From positions 10,421,403 through 10,485,402 of the forward strand of contig CM082587.2 in NCBI GenBank assembly GCA_040954595.2: a DNA stretch of 64,000 nucleotides, read 5' to 3'. Below are positions 14,764-28,299 of the stretch, piece by piece. Source of the stretch: Balanoglossus misakiensis. Lineage: Eukaryota > Animalia > Hemichordata. Numbering within the stretch: the first letter of the stretch is position 1; every line of letters begins with the position of its first letter. Below the pieces are notes generated by a model. That model ran no database searches and had not been told where the DNA came from. It saw only the letters and a list, made by a program, of their open reading frames with translations. Both the position numbers and the translations under genes were made by a program.

Positions 14764-15588
14764 ATTAGGGGTTATTACACGAATTTTGGTCGATAACGCG
14801 TCGTATTCGGGTGATTGTCCGTATTTTGACGAGTTGCGCTGCGCAACTCGTCAAAATACGGACATCACGAGAATGTGTCGCGTTATCGACCAAAATTCGT
14901 GTAATAACCCCTTTATCATACATGCCTACCTATAAAACAGTACGATTTGCGAAAATGCGCCGATACTGGTGCATATATATTAGGTATATCTGTCGTATTC
15001 GAGTGATTGTCCGTATTTTGACGAGTTGCGCTGCGCAACGAGTCAAAATACGGACATCACGAGAATGCGTCGCGTTATCGACCAAAATTCGTGTAATAAC
15101 CCCTTTATCATACATGCCTACCTATAAAACAGTACGATTTGCGAAAATGCGCCGAGAAAAACAATTTCAAATTTGAACCGGGCGCTGAGATCACGGCAGT
15201 AGCCATGTTGTGATGTATGATGTGTGGGCCGTAGTATCATTTTAAGGGGGTTGGCAGCTTTCATTACGATGGGCACATCCGCATTCTAAATAAAATTGTC
15301 TACGTTCTCTTTCAAAATATCATGTTAACAATTATTTTGCATTGAGAATTTCGAAGAACTAAACATGACAAAACCGCCAGCTTTGAAAACTTTATTACAG
15401 CTTCTAATAACCGAATTTTACAACACCCCTCTCCACTAGAGTCCTATGGCTCGTGTGTCGCTCGCGCGTGCAGCGAACTGTCGCGCCGAGACGCGGACGC
15501 GATATTTTCACATTGTGAAATACCGTATAATATCTTCGGGGCGAGAACAATAGAAAGTGTTAAATACAGGTTTTGCATGTATGATAAA
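14764..15588. mobile_element. Non-autonomous long-hairpin element (putative Crypton-type) with internal duplication
   Basis: Palindrome at 14767-14912, short IR ttatcatacatgc (14913-14925) / gcatgtatgataa (15575-15587), partial duplication at about 14964-15153. Confidence 0.55.
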
Positions 15589-15627
15589 ACACTTTAACAT
15601 ACCAAGAGAACATATTCGACTGCTTAC

Positions 15628-17123
15628 CCAATATAATGTGCTGAGCATTGACAGCTATAACCATCTGCAGTGTTGGTACAGGTACCACCATTCAAACAAG
15701 GCGACATGTACTCGCATATATCAATAACAGAAATAAACGATGTAAACATAAAACCATAATGATCAAATTTGGTCAATATGTTTTTTTTTTGCAAGAAACT
15801 CAAGAAATAGGAAAAGAATATGTAATCAATATATAAGTAAACCCTTCAATTTTTATGCCAAATGTACCTACCTATACAGTCATCCAAACTATTGGCACCT
15901 TCATGCGTTGTACGCAGTCCTGTTGGACATGGGTTGCATTCTCTGGAACCACTCTCATTCTGGTAATAGTGACGGGGACAAAGTACACATGGCTCAAGAC
16001 CAGTGTTGGAATATGAGCCAACTGTGCATTTTTCTGGAAGTTAAATACAAATTGAAATTTTAATATGATGTTGTATCCTGGAAAAGATGAAATGAGGCCA
16101 AAATAAAAAAATATGTGCTGTTCCGATTACCCGACCTACCCTAATTATAACCTGCTGACCCTAAACTTTTTAGAGCTTCGTAAACCCAGAAGTAAAAAAA
16201 AAACATTGTTGTCAAACATACAAAATTTATGAAAATTGCGCAAATCATACGAGAACTATGACGAAATCGCGCACATCACGCAGGACTATGATGTCATTCT
16301 TCTACACTATAGTTTTTTCTGATGTGAAATGCACATTGAGAGCTAAAAAAATCGCAAAATAAAAAAAAATCCTTACCTACCTACCTACCCTATTTCTGAA
16401 AACCATGTAATCGGAACAGCATATACTATTTTTTTGGCCCAATAAAAACTTGGCATTGTAAAATAATCTTCCTACCTTTGCAACTCTCTCCTACAACTGC
16501 TACCCCGTGTGTTGACGTGTCATTTGGGCACAGATGACAATCAGTAGAACCATAATCTGGTTGATAAGATCCTTGCACACATTGTGTACATGGAGCTTTA
16601 CCATCATCTGAGTAATAGCCAGGTTTGCACAACTCTAAAAGTTAAAAAAAGATCACAATTTGACCTTAAACACTATATATTCATAAACTGCATGTACTAT
16701 TTAGTTTTGAATCATCACGTCATAAAAAGATTGAAATCTAGAGAAGTCAATAGCAACACAGTCTTTTTACAATTACATCCAACAGAAGCACCTTGTTTGC
16801 ATGATGTGCGATCTGTAAAATTCAAAGTATTCATGTAATGGCTTTTTTTAAAATCTCGTTTGTACGTGTTACCAAAACCGTATGTGGAATAAAATAAACG
16901 AGTCTGTCAGTCACAGTGCTAGCTCATCAGAGATGATGTGGTATTTGTTATAGACTATTTCTCTTACCAATACAGTCATCTTGACTCTTGCTGTGTTTAT
17001 CGTGTGTACTATAACCTGATGGACAGGTAATGCATGATGTTTGACCAGCGGAATTTTGATAAGATCCAACAGGACAGCTAGCACATTCATCTCCTGTATC
17101 ATAAGTTCCAGCTGTACACGTCA
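15628..17123 (-). CDS. Three Cys-rich GCC/ephrin-receptor-like repeats (16968-17123, 16476-16634, 15872-16033) and an EGF exon (15628-15727)
   Basis: C.SCPVGSYQ...G...C..CP motifs; DICEYMSPCLNGGTCTNTADGYSCQC...YIG. Confidence 0.9.
16095..16440. mobile_element. MITE (Harbinger-like); inverted partial copy at about 20760-21030
   Basis: TIR ggccaaaa..atatgtgctgttccgattac / gtaatcggaacagcatat..ttttggcc. Confidence 0.65.
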
Positions 17124-17435
17124 CTACAATGTAACAGATTAAAAAGACAAAGATGTTTAAAGTGAAGGGGTCATCGCGACACATTTGTTTGTTTATAAAC
17201 ATTATAATGCATCCACAAATCTCTGAAAATAGATAATTCTTAGGATGAATAACAAAGCAGCCAACCGCAGCATAGACTGGGCATGACAGAAACTGAAGAT
17301 CCTAGTAGGTCTTGACGACTGCAGTGGGGTTTGTGCTTGTATTGGAGGACATATTCTCATCAAGGAGGACACCCACGCGGTGGGACAACCTCTTCCCTTT
17401 AACTCATCAAGGCACAGAAGTGACACATATACCAG

Positions 17436-17625
17436 TACAGTAAAAATTGTCTTAACTGAACACCAAATGGACTGAAGAAACTGTTCAGTTTGCAGAGGTG
17501 TTTGGTTTTATAGACTTTCTTTTAACATGGTGTTCTACATGTATGTCGAAGAGACAGGACAATGTGTTTGGTTTAGACAGGTTTCCAGATTCGACAGGGT
17601 TCAGTTTAGACAGGTTTTACTGTAC
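17436..17625. mobile_element. Tc1/mariner-type MITE
   Basis: ta-cagtaaaa...ttttactg-ta termini. Confidence 0.55.
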
Positions 17626-17880
17626 TAATTAAATTATGCATTTTTTCGGAGCAACTGTCTATGAACAATTATATCAGGATAAATTGTGATGATAATGATG
17701 CTGTTTATAAGCTGTTGTGTAAGGTGTATATGCATGTAAGCCTTGGAGATATGTCGAAGCATATGGTACACCAGTATAAGTCACTAGTGGGTTGGGATGA
17801 AAATATTTATAAGTTGACAAGTAATTGACACCATAAACTTAGACTCTTGGTTCAAGGTATATTGGATTGATGATACTTAC

Positions 17881-20365
17881 AACAATAACAGCCACTGAGA
17901 ATCTTTCCAGATGGACAGCAACATCCTGAGAACTCATTAGTTGGGGCTCCTGACAGATTCAATTCTGGACAAGCACCATTTGCCTCGATTTTGATGAGAC
18001 TGTTGAATTGACTGAACTGAGTTGTAATTGCACTCATTATACTATCACCGCAGGTTTGGAGATCTAAACTTGTTGCGTTGTCTGTCTTTGCAAGTAATTT
18101 CATGGCAACTGTTGCATTCACCTACCGGTATGAAAAACACCAAATAGAAAGTTTGGTTTAATGGGTTAAAAGGACAAAATAGCTGTAACTTTTGGCTTTT
18201 TTTCAGTATTTTCTTCCGTGTATCAAACGCTATTTCTTGTTCTACTCCAAACAGCATGTTACTATACCCAGTACTTATCATGTATGCGTGTAACAGCCAT
18301 TGTTATTGTTGACAAAGGAATTCTAGTCTGAAATTAAATTTTGCACAATAACAATGCTGACCATTCACATATATGTTGTGTTGATATTAAGCCAAATGCT
18401 CAACATTTTATGATTCTTCAGGTATTTGAACAAGAAACTGCAGTAGATACACAAAACAAACACACTGAAAACGTAGCAAAAAGATAAAGCTATTATGGAG
18501 CATTTAAAGGGATTATGTTTGATACAATTACAAGACACTGTTTATGTTATTCTACATGTGGATATATAGAGAATCAATGTTTGACCACACACAACTTCCA
18601 TCCTCTTGTAGACGCGACAGTGAAAAAACACGCGAAAAATGAATACCATTCATTCATTTTGGGCGAGTTTTTACTCTCATATCCTACAAACAAGATGGAA
18701 GTTGTGTGTGGTCAAATGATGATTCACTATATATCCACATGTAGAATAACATAAACTGTGTCTTGTATCAAACATAATTAATGGGAAAACGGCAGCGAGC
18801 GAGAGACTTTGTCCCTCCAATAACAAGATAATGCTTCTTAAAAATGACACACCTTGGAGAACCCAACCTTAGGGTAACACATTGTACAATAATGTAACGA
18901 CAGAAATCAAATAAAGGATTACATCAACCTTCTTCTTCAGCATAAAACTGTAAAATTTTCCAGCAGGACAGATAATAATACCTGATTGGAGTCTACTATG
19001 GCCATTGTTGAATAGTCACTTCAACACTGTCTTCAATCGAGTTACACAGGACCGACAACAGTGGTTCAACAGACTGCACAATTCCAAGCAGACTCGACTC
19101 GTAATATGAGATACATTGGTTGGTATCACTTGGAATGGTTATCACAGAGTTGTATACACCTCCCACAGTCAGGCAATAATCTGGAACTTCCTTCTCTGTG
19201 GAAAGATCAATATGGAAGATAATTTAACTTCAGGCCGACTAGTTGAATTGTCAATCGTCAATCCAGTTTTCGCTTTACTAAGCTGGTGAAAAAATCCCAT
19301 TTTTGCTAATCCACTCAAATCTGGACTAGTGCCATCTTCCATGCGGTAATGTAGGTATTGACGGATTATAAAAATGTAGGTATTGACTGATTATAAAAAT
19401 GTAGGTATTGACTGATTATAAAATGATCAGTTTATATAAGGGCACACATAGCAAACTGGAAAACACAAATTCCCTCACATATCAGCAATATACAGAGAAA
19501 ATTTGAACCAACAGTAACACTGAATTAGTTGGTTATTTTGGTTCTTCAAGTTTATTATCTGCATCAGCATTCACATATTATTTTGGGGGCCTAATGAATA
19601 TTGATATGATATCAGTTGAATTTCAATTACGCAAAAATAGATCAGTAGAAGCCCATACACACCAACACAATCAGGTACGTAATTATGGGGTAGCCATGTT
19701 CCACCAATTATGCAGGTGTACATTCCTCCAGGTGAATCAATTTCTTGAATGAAATCATAACCAGCTTGACAGGACAATGCACATGAGAATCCTGAACCCA
19801 GTGGTCCTCCAATGACACGGGTGCAAGTCTTCTGTCCACCTTCTGGTGTAGGTAGTGACCACTCTGGACATGTATCAGCTGAATAACTAAATGAGATGTT
19901 AAAAGGTGAAATGTCTAATGTCTCAAAACAATGCCATATTAACTTCTAAATGTTTAAAGTCTCTGCCACCACTTTTTGCATTATTTTCGAAACTCAACTC
20001 AGTACCAGAAAAACGCTCAAAGCAGCATGCACACAAAAAGTATTATAAAGACAAAAAATCACCACAAACACACAAAAGTATTGAGATTCAAAATTCACCA
20101 AGCGACTAGTGGGCTAGTTTAGCTGAACACTTACGTTGAACAGAAACATCAAATTGACACTGAGCCTGGTTGCCACTGTAATCGGTTGCAGTAACAGTCA
20201 CTGTGATGTAGTTCCTGGTTTCAACTGCAGTTCCATTTGGTGGTTCATATATGACGTCACTGATTCCGTGGTTGTCTACAACAGAGACTGCTGGATATGA
20301 CACATTGTGTTCCACTTCATCAACAAGAATTACGTACGTGTCTGGACAGTCTAGTGGCATGGTAT
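17881..20365 (-). CDS. HYR (20135-20365), sushi (19663-19878) and SEA-like domain (18982-19195, 17881-18121)
   Basis: DCP...V.DNHG...VTVTATDYSGNQAQCQFDV (HYR); CPEWSLPTP..C..C..SCQAGY..C..W..VPDC; KEVPDYC...CPEL...CCCPSG. The 18982-19195 exon is frameshifted. Confidence 0.85.
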
Positions 20366-21039
20366 CTGCAAGCCAAAATATATTTCATAAGATATGAGAC
20401 TGTAATCTGCCAAGTTTGTAACCACAATACTTGCCAGCCATTAAAGCGACATAGTAATCTTGAATTCAGCTGGGAGAAGAACTGTTCTGTAGGTGGCTCC
20501 ATGACAACCCCAATTGCTAAACCAGTTGAACATCGTCCTTTTTCCCAGTGATGTTGACAACCACTCCAATGATGGACCATTTATAAGCTTTGTGATTTCC
20601 ACAAATGAAAGCAGGCAGACAATGCATGAAATCAAATCAAATCAAATCAGAATGAAACACAATCAGAATCAAATTAGAATGAAACACAAACAAACATTAA
20701 AATCCAATTCCAACATTGGTGATTTCATTCAAGAACTCAATCTGGCGGATAAATTGCTAAATTGTGCTGTTCTGATTACATGGTTTTCAAAAATAGGGTA
20801 GGTAGGTAGGTTTTTTTATGTTGCATTTTTTTTATTACTCTGGCCGCCGTAGTGTATAAGAATAACGTCATAATTCTTACGTGATTCTTGCAATTTTCAT
20901 AAATTTTGTATATTTGACATTGTTTTTTATACTTCCGGTTTAGGAAGCTCTAAAATGTTTAGGGTCAGCGGGTTATAATTAGGGTAGGTCGGGTAATTGG
21001 AACAGCACATATTTTTTTATTTTGACCTAATGAACATAC

Positions 21040-22616
21040 CAATACAAACAGGTGCAGTGCCATTCCATTTAGCATTAGTGAGAAATGATGACTGTTCAGA
21101 TGCATCCCTTCTTTTCCTCACAACTTCCACTGCGGCTGCTGTTGAAATAAGAAGAATTTTTTTTCTGTAAGTAATACTTAATTCATGCTTGTAACACACC
21201 GCTCATAGCATGCATTTACCTGATGACCGTGCCTGTTTATGAAATACACATTACAGAGCCACGAATTTAGTCGATAATAGAAGAAAACTGCTGATTCAGC
21301 ATTTTTCACCAATGGTTTGTCTATGGGCAAATTTTTTTTAATGCAATTTATCTCAAAATAGAGCAAGGTGACCCTTATATTTTAAGTGACCAATGAATTT
21401 ATATTTACTGGACTGAGCTATGTAGAAAATTTTGTGACAATGACAATAGAAGAAGTTTGTTTTCTAGCAATTATCAATGTAATCCTATGGGAAAAAGACG
21501 GGTGCGTGCAGTTTTCCGGTTTATGTTCTGCGCGTACATCCTTAAAAGAAAAGAAGAGATATAAGCGCCACTTTAGTGTGAATAAAAATAATGATTTTAT
21601 ACATACTGCATCTGACATTCTGGAAGAGCTCATATCCTTCAGGACAACAGAATGTTGCATCATCTTCTTGAATTGGGTTTGCAGAAGATGATAGTTCTGG
21701 ACAATTGTCTGAACTGTCAATGGCAACCAAAACTGGAAATACACTTGGATGGTTGGTCAGATAAAAGATTAGTTGAAGACCACATCCCGACAATTCTGCA
21801 TTGTCGTATCCAGGGCTCAATGGGTCTATGGGTTCAATCAGTAAGTTCAGCCCCACATCCATTAAAAGCTGCAGGTAATGAAAATACAGTCATAAGCATT
21901 TGTTTTAAAAGATGTTATGTTTAATATGCTTTATTATTATGCATCTGGCACCAAGAACAATAGAATTTAGCGTGTACTAAAAAGCCATACGGAACGGTAC
22001 GTACGGAACGCGTGTTAAATACCCCTTAAGTTTCAAGGCGCCCCAACTCACCGTGTACAGGTATGTACTAGCTGTTATGCGGATGGTTTCAAGACATCCC
22101 CACTCCAACGCACGTAAACAAAAAAGAAAGATGACTGCTCACTGTTTCAGCTGAGCAGTTTACGATCGATTGTATCGACAAAATTAAACATCGCATGGTT
22201 GTCACATTTGCATGAAAATATTCTCCCAATATGCATTTTTTCTTTGGATATGCAATCTGAAGAGCATGTGAGATAAAATGCTATGAAGTGAACAATTTGT
22301 TGAGTGTAATATTCTAGACTCCAGAAAGAGTCTACAAGATTTTCTGCAAGACTGAAAGAGACAGTTAGAGTACCCACCGAATTATCCGATAGCGAGGTGA
22401 GACTGGTGGTGGATAATGCGATATTGATTGTAACCAGACCAGCAAGAGGAACACATGCTCCTGATGGATCTTGAGACAGGAGTTGAGTTAAACCATTAAC
22501 AAGTTGTGTTGTTATTTCTGTACCATAGTAGTTGCCACAGGATTGCTGGTCTGTAATCTGCCCACTACCATTATATGACACACTAAGCTGTGCACAGTAG
22601 TCAGGAACGTCACGGT
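21040..22616 (-). CDS. SEA-like domain copy (22378-22616, 21607-21868), then RKRR furin-type site and C-terminal half of the split sushi (21040-21138)
   Basis: DRDVPDYC...CPEL...CCPEGY; VVRKRRDA...NAKWNGTAPVCI. Confidence 0.75.
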
Positions 22617-23040
22617 CTGCAAAGTAATTATCGAATAATTGTAAATACAGACCCATACAACTTCTATTCTCTTCAGGTCAATTTGTTCAAAGCATAAATG
22701 GGTTCAACTCTTTGTGGTTTATTCTGATTTTAAATTTAACTGTATTATTACTTCATGGTGTGTATGAAAGATACAAGAAAAAAAAATCACTTTTTGAAAT
22801 AAACATTTCTCTGTTAATTATCAAGTTCTGTTAATTATCGAGAATCCCCTAAAAGTATATATTTTCTGAAAGTAAATATAGGAGAACATTTTGGTGTGAC
22901 CATTGTTTACACAACTATCATGTGACAAGCAATTTAAATTAACTTCCAAAAACAAGTTTTCTGGATGTTTTGTTTTAACACTTTGAGACATCACTCAAAT
23001 ACAACACGTTATCAACCAAACTAAGGGTAATATCTCTTAC

Positions 23041-24264
23041 CTGGTAGTTGAGTTGGAGTTGGTAGGGTCGTAAGACCACCTGTTGTGGCTTTCAGAGTTG
23101 TTGCTGGTTTCGTAGTTGGTTTAGTACTGACATCATGATATACTGTATAAATGAAATTGAATGAATACTTTATATTACACACTGGACATGGGTGTCTATA
23201 TGATAAGAGTGGAAGAGTTATTTGACCAACCGTATACAGATCAATTGCACTGAGCATTGTTATTGCCTCATTTGTGACATAGAGTCTGATTCAAACAACG
23301 ATGATGATGGTAACTAACAATGTATAACTGTTTAACTGTTTACATTAGAGGTATTATGAATTTTTTTTTTCAATTGAAATTTTCACTGTACCCGTACATG
23401 AAGTTTCTATCAATAAAGCCAAATTTTCAATGTTTTATTATTCATAGTTTACTTTATCATAATAGGAAGTAAACCTACATTTCTTTGAAAAAAAAGTGAG
23501 GAGTGAATATGTTTTCTCCTTTCTTCCACCCCTCACCCCCTAAAAATAATGGTGTCATCCAGGAGCTAGAGTCGTGTCAACTAAGTAAACAAGATCCATC
23601 CTTACTTTGGAGCTCATAATGCTGAAAAGTGTAGAAATTCGTATACATTCACCTTTTGATGTTAACAGATCTGTCGGTGCCTCAGTTGTATGTTTTCTTG
23701 TTGTTCTTCTTTGGGAAGTGGCAGTTTCATCAGTTATCATTTGTGTTTGCCATTCTGTGGTGCCTTCTACCGTTTGCCAATATTCTGTGGTGCCGTCCAT
23801 TTTATTTGTTGTCAAAAGTGTCTCTGGTGTGGTGGCGTCCATTTTGTTTGTTGTCAACAATTTCTCTGGTGTGGTCCATGACTCTGTTGGCATCACATCA
23901 CTTGCATCGTCATACTCTGAAGTCTGGTCTGCAGGAGTAATATCCACAGATTCTGCTGTTGACATCATTTCTGTTTTTGAGATCGGAGCAGATGTTGTCT
24001 TGTATGTACCCTCACCTTCTGTGCTTGACTGCTGATCAGGCTTTTCAGAACTTGCCTCTACTGTTGTCACGACAACAGGCATGGTTACTGTAACCATAGT
24101 AACTGTTGTGGTTGACTTGCTTTTTCCAGTTGTCACAGCCGGTATATTGTCTGTGTCCAACACAGTTGTCATTCTGGGCGAAGTTATGGCATATCCATCA
24201 GTTGAGATGCTTTTTTCTGTGCCTTCGGTGTAGGGACTAGTTAAATATTCCAGCGTTGTTTCAT
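23041..24264 (-). CDS. Second mucin-like stalk (exons 23653-24264, 23041-23142)
   Basis: Long Thr/Ser/Glu-rich open frames with ag/gt boundaries. Confidence 0.8.
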
Positions 24265-24810
24265 CTGTTGATAAAAATGAACATTACAATTTGAATAATC
24301 TAGAACAAGGAAATCTAATGTTATATTGTTCTCCACTAACATGAACAGTATTGAATCAATGTTCCTGGCAGGAGACAATTTCAAGGTATTCTCATCCCGG
24401 TGTGTGATTCAAATGATATTGTGTTATTATTCTATTGCTTTCTTTAATGCAATTGTTTATGAGGGTGTTGAGATTTCTTATTCAAAATACAGTAAAATAG
24501 GAAATTTCCACGAACGATAAATTTACTGGTGAAAAAAAAGTCGCTTATGGTTTTCAGAGATAACGATGCAGTGAAATACCAGAACGTGAAAATTAATCGC
24601 CACGTAACAGTTGCCACATTTGATATCATGAACATTTCCTCTTGCGAAAATTTTGCATAAGAGTGTACCAGATATTGGTGTGCAAAACACAATATCAGAT
24701 ATCACAGCTAATGTAACAAATTCAGCTACACTCCATTGAAATCATCAGCAACATTGACCTATGTTATACAGTAAACTAATTACATATTGTATAAAATGAA
24801 ACCATCTTAC

Positions 24811-26337
24811 CTTCAAGCGTACTCTCAATTGTTGTAACTATTCCAAAGTCTGGAAGTGTAGAAACTTCAAGCTCATCATCCTCACAATGTCGAAATTGCT
24901 TGGAGGTGTCAATAATCTCATCAAACTCAAAGTCTGTAACCCTGTAGTTAATTTTACCAGACACCGAATAGACCTTGACATTGAGAGGGGCTTGTATATC
25001 ACCAGAACCAATGGGTGGTTCAAATAAGTTATCACTGAGTCTGTCTAGAGTAATCCAGGGACCAGTTGTGTGGACTTCCACAGTGGTGACAGGGTAACGA
25101 TGATCCAATATTAATAAGCTGAATGATGCAGAAATGCTCTCTGCAAACTAAATAAACAAATCAATCAATCAATATGCAGTACACTAAAAAGATGAACAAC
25201 ACAGTCCCTGGTTGGTCCTAATACTTTGAAATTTAGAGCAAGACTTACTGTAAAATGGGTTATTTTCGCGAGCATAAATTTTCGCAAAATACGCAAGATC
25301 TAAAAGAGACGTGAAAATAAATGTCGTGTGAAATGTTTTTCAGATTTAACAATGCAGTTAGTGAAATACAAGAACGCCAAAATTAATCCTCGCGTAACAG
25401 TTGCCTCTTTTGATATTGCGAAAATTTCCTGGCGTGAAAATTTCCCGTTTTACAGTATTTGCAACAAATCATTGTCAATGACCTAGTCCCCACTGGATCT
25501 TCCCTTGTCCAAATCAGTTGAGACTGGTTTGATTTCCAGGAGATCTAAACTTCCAGTAAAGAAACAGATGAATACTCTTGACAATTTAAACTTCAATATT
25601 ACAAATACTTAAAAAAATGGCTAGGGAGGTTTCAAACAAGTTTGCCAAGATGTGACAATTAAAGACAAGGGTATATAAATTAGTTAATAATTGTGTTGTT
25701 TCACAAACCTTGAACTTGATAGAGACATCCTCAGGACAGGCAACAACTGAGTAGGATACAAGAAGAGATGAAGGACTTTCACCATCTGACAAGATGTTGT
25801 AAGCATCCTGACTTAGAACCAGACCATCTTCATCACTCATGCAGTACGGGTACATGCACATGTCTGTTACCCGGACAACTACAGATACATCATTTGAACC
25901 AATCACGTTCAGGCATTGCCCGCAAACCTGCAATTACACAAACCAAAAAACTCCTTTAGACAACACTGGAAATACTACAGTATGCAGTTTTTTTCAAGTA
26001 CATTTAGTGATTAAATCAATCTTGGGTGAGAAATTTAAAAAAATACAGTGCAACACATAAAACAAGACAAAATAAAATCATTCATAACAATGTTACAAAT
26101 CACAATGAGAAATTGGAGACAATCTGGTCAGTATTGACACTGGAGCAAAACATTTACCGGTACATAGACTTTCAAGAACTAACTTTATACTTACATGTGA
26201 ATCTTGAAAATTGGCCATACCAGCAACCATACTTGTGTAGAATGTTCCAAATGAACAGGTACCATCAGTTGGTGTCTCAATGTACTTCTCACAAGTTGCG
26301 TTTACAAAAGTCTCAAAGGTTCCACAATCTCTACTGA
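24811..26337 (-). CDS. Expansin-like module: DPBB domain plus CBM63-like domain (exons 26195-26337, 25709-25927, 24811-25147)
   Basis: GTCSFG..SMVAGM..CGQCLNVIG..SVVVRVTDMC..GLVLSQDAYNIL..VSYSVVACP..IKFK|..DHRYPVTTVEV..GPWITLDR..DNLF..G..PLNVKV..SG..DTSKQF, colinear with microbial EXLX-type expansins. Confidence 0.85.
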
Positions 26338-27033
26338 CTGTAAAATCAACAACACAATCAGGATATTCTTTGCTGCAAGAAGAGTTAATATCCTAACATG
26401 GGTTTGTGTGGTACATTTTCTAATCTGGTGAAATGTGTTTGTGTGTAAGCTTTTATCATTTATTTACAGGTATGGGACCTTGTACAGTGGTGATATACCA
26501 TCTACAATGAAGACCAATTGATGATGTACAGAAGAGAAATTTCCTGATTTGTGCTGCTTTCTGATACTGAAACACATATCGACTAGCCATGTTCGGATAA
26601 CAGCATACGTTTGTGTCCCCTCGGGAATGCAAATTACCCCCAAAACAATCTGTTTCCATCGGCCTTCAGCCTCTAGAAACAGACTGTTCTGGGTTGACTC
26701 ACAGTCCCTTAGGGAAACAAATGTATGCTGTTGCCCTCACTGCCAGTCAATATGCACAGTTTATCGGTACACACACACATTCAGCAGAAGGCATAATATT
26801 GTTCAGTAATTGCAATGTATATTACTATATATGTGACAATGGGGCAAGACTTGACTAGCGCTATGCTATGTTTCTTGCTCCATATTGCCAATGTAAAAAA
26901 TTAGATATACTGGTATACGGTATTAAGTATTTACCATTTCTCTGCCACAAAATATATTCCTTTCTTAAATTGTGGCAATAAAAGGACAAATACTGATATG
27001 AATACGAATTATACGAATACACAGTATAATTAC

Positions 27034-28090
27034 CTGTTGATACATCATGAGAAGGTGTCACTGGTTTTGTTGTTGATATTTTAGTTGAAAGTGGTGCACT
27101 AGTAGTTTCAGATGTTGTAAATTCTTTATCTGAATCTGTCGTTGGTTTTCTTTCAGTCACAGTGATTGCCTGCGTTGATGGCGCCTCATAACCTGCATAT
27201 GGAAATCAAGTCATTCTGCATTAAAATATGTGAGATTCCATAGATCTCACTAATGATTATTTAATATCAATTATTTAATATAACTATATGATAAATAACT
27301 TGACTGGAATGGAATTTGGATTTTATTGCTACATTTTGCTACACAACCTATTACTGATGTACACACAGAACGTAAACTTGTAAACTGCGCAAATTCGTGC
27401 ACATTTGTCTCTTCGCATGGGATTAGATTGATATAAACTCACTACTGTCATTTTCATGACAATTTAGCTCAGTTAAATGAAAATAAATTCATTGGTCAAA
27501 TAAAATTGTATGGTCACCACAGTCTATTCAGAGATAAATATCGTTAAATGTTTTTGGGTGAAGAAATGCTGACTCAGCTGTTTGTTTGTTTTTCAACTAC
27601 ACAAGGCCATGACTAAATTCAAGCATGGTGACCCCTGTATTATACAGCTTTTCATTATGCTAACAAATGAGAAACCAAAAATCCACAATTAAAAGAAATG
27701 AGATACTTTCACTTCCACTGAGAGGACATCTGTAAAGTAAACTTGTCATATTGTTTTCAGATATTCAGTGGATGTTTGTACTTGACGTACCTGTTGCATC
27801 TCTTGTTTGAGCATCAGTGTGTACTCTTGCCGTCGTGGTTACCAAATCATCTGTGTGTACTTTTGTCGCCGTGGTTGCCACATCATCTGTGTGTACTTTT
27901 GCCGTTGTGGTTACCATGCCATCTGTCTGTGCTCTCTTGGTGGTTCTCATAACATCTGTGTCTGCAGCTGCTGTGGAGATTTTCATCCGCAATGTGGTCA
28001 CTTCTTCCTCTTCTGTTGCCGCTCTATCAGTTCCATCCATTTCTGTCGTCCCAAGCTCTGCAGTTGACATGTCTGTGACCGTTTCCGTTT
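27034..28090 (-). CDS. Thr/Ser-rich mucin-like exons (27791-28090, 27034-27192)
   Basis: Open T-rich frames with 33-bp coding repeats (TTAKVHTDD..), phase 1-1. Confidence 0.8.
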
Positions 28091-28299
28091 CTATGACAAT
28101 GGAGGCAATAGAGGTTATGCTGATTGAATTCTGTTTGTCAAGTTTCACTTCAACATTCAAATAGCTTTTAAAGCCTCTCTGTTGTTTTGGAAGCGGGCAT
28201 TCTGAACCATTTCTCCATATATCACACTACATGAACATAGAAGTTATCACGGTACTGTTTCAGCACACCACGATGTTTATAACAACAGTATATACACAC

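Noticed and set aside
23607-24035. Plus-strand Val/Ser-rich ORFs (also 27817-28164)
   Set aside because: Antisense shadows of the Thr-rich mucin exons.
24811-26337. Bacterial contamination as the source of the expansin
   Set aside because: It has spliceosomal introns containing a host MITE family and is in phase with flanking animal exons.
26456-26860. Additional minus-strand exon (e.g. WSC domain) before the expansin
   Set aside because: No open, phase-compatible, motif-bearing frame on the minus strand; exon 27034 splices in phase to 26337.
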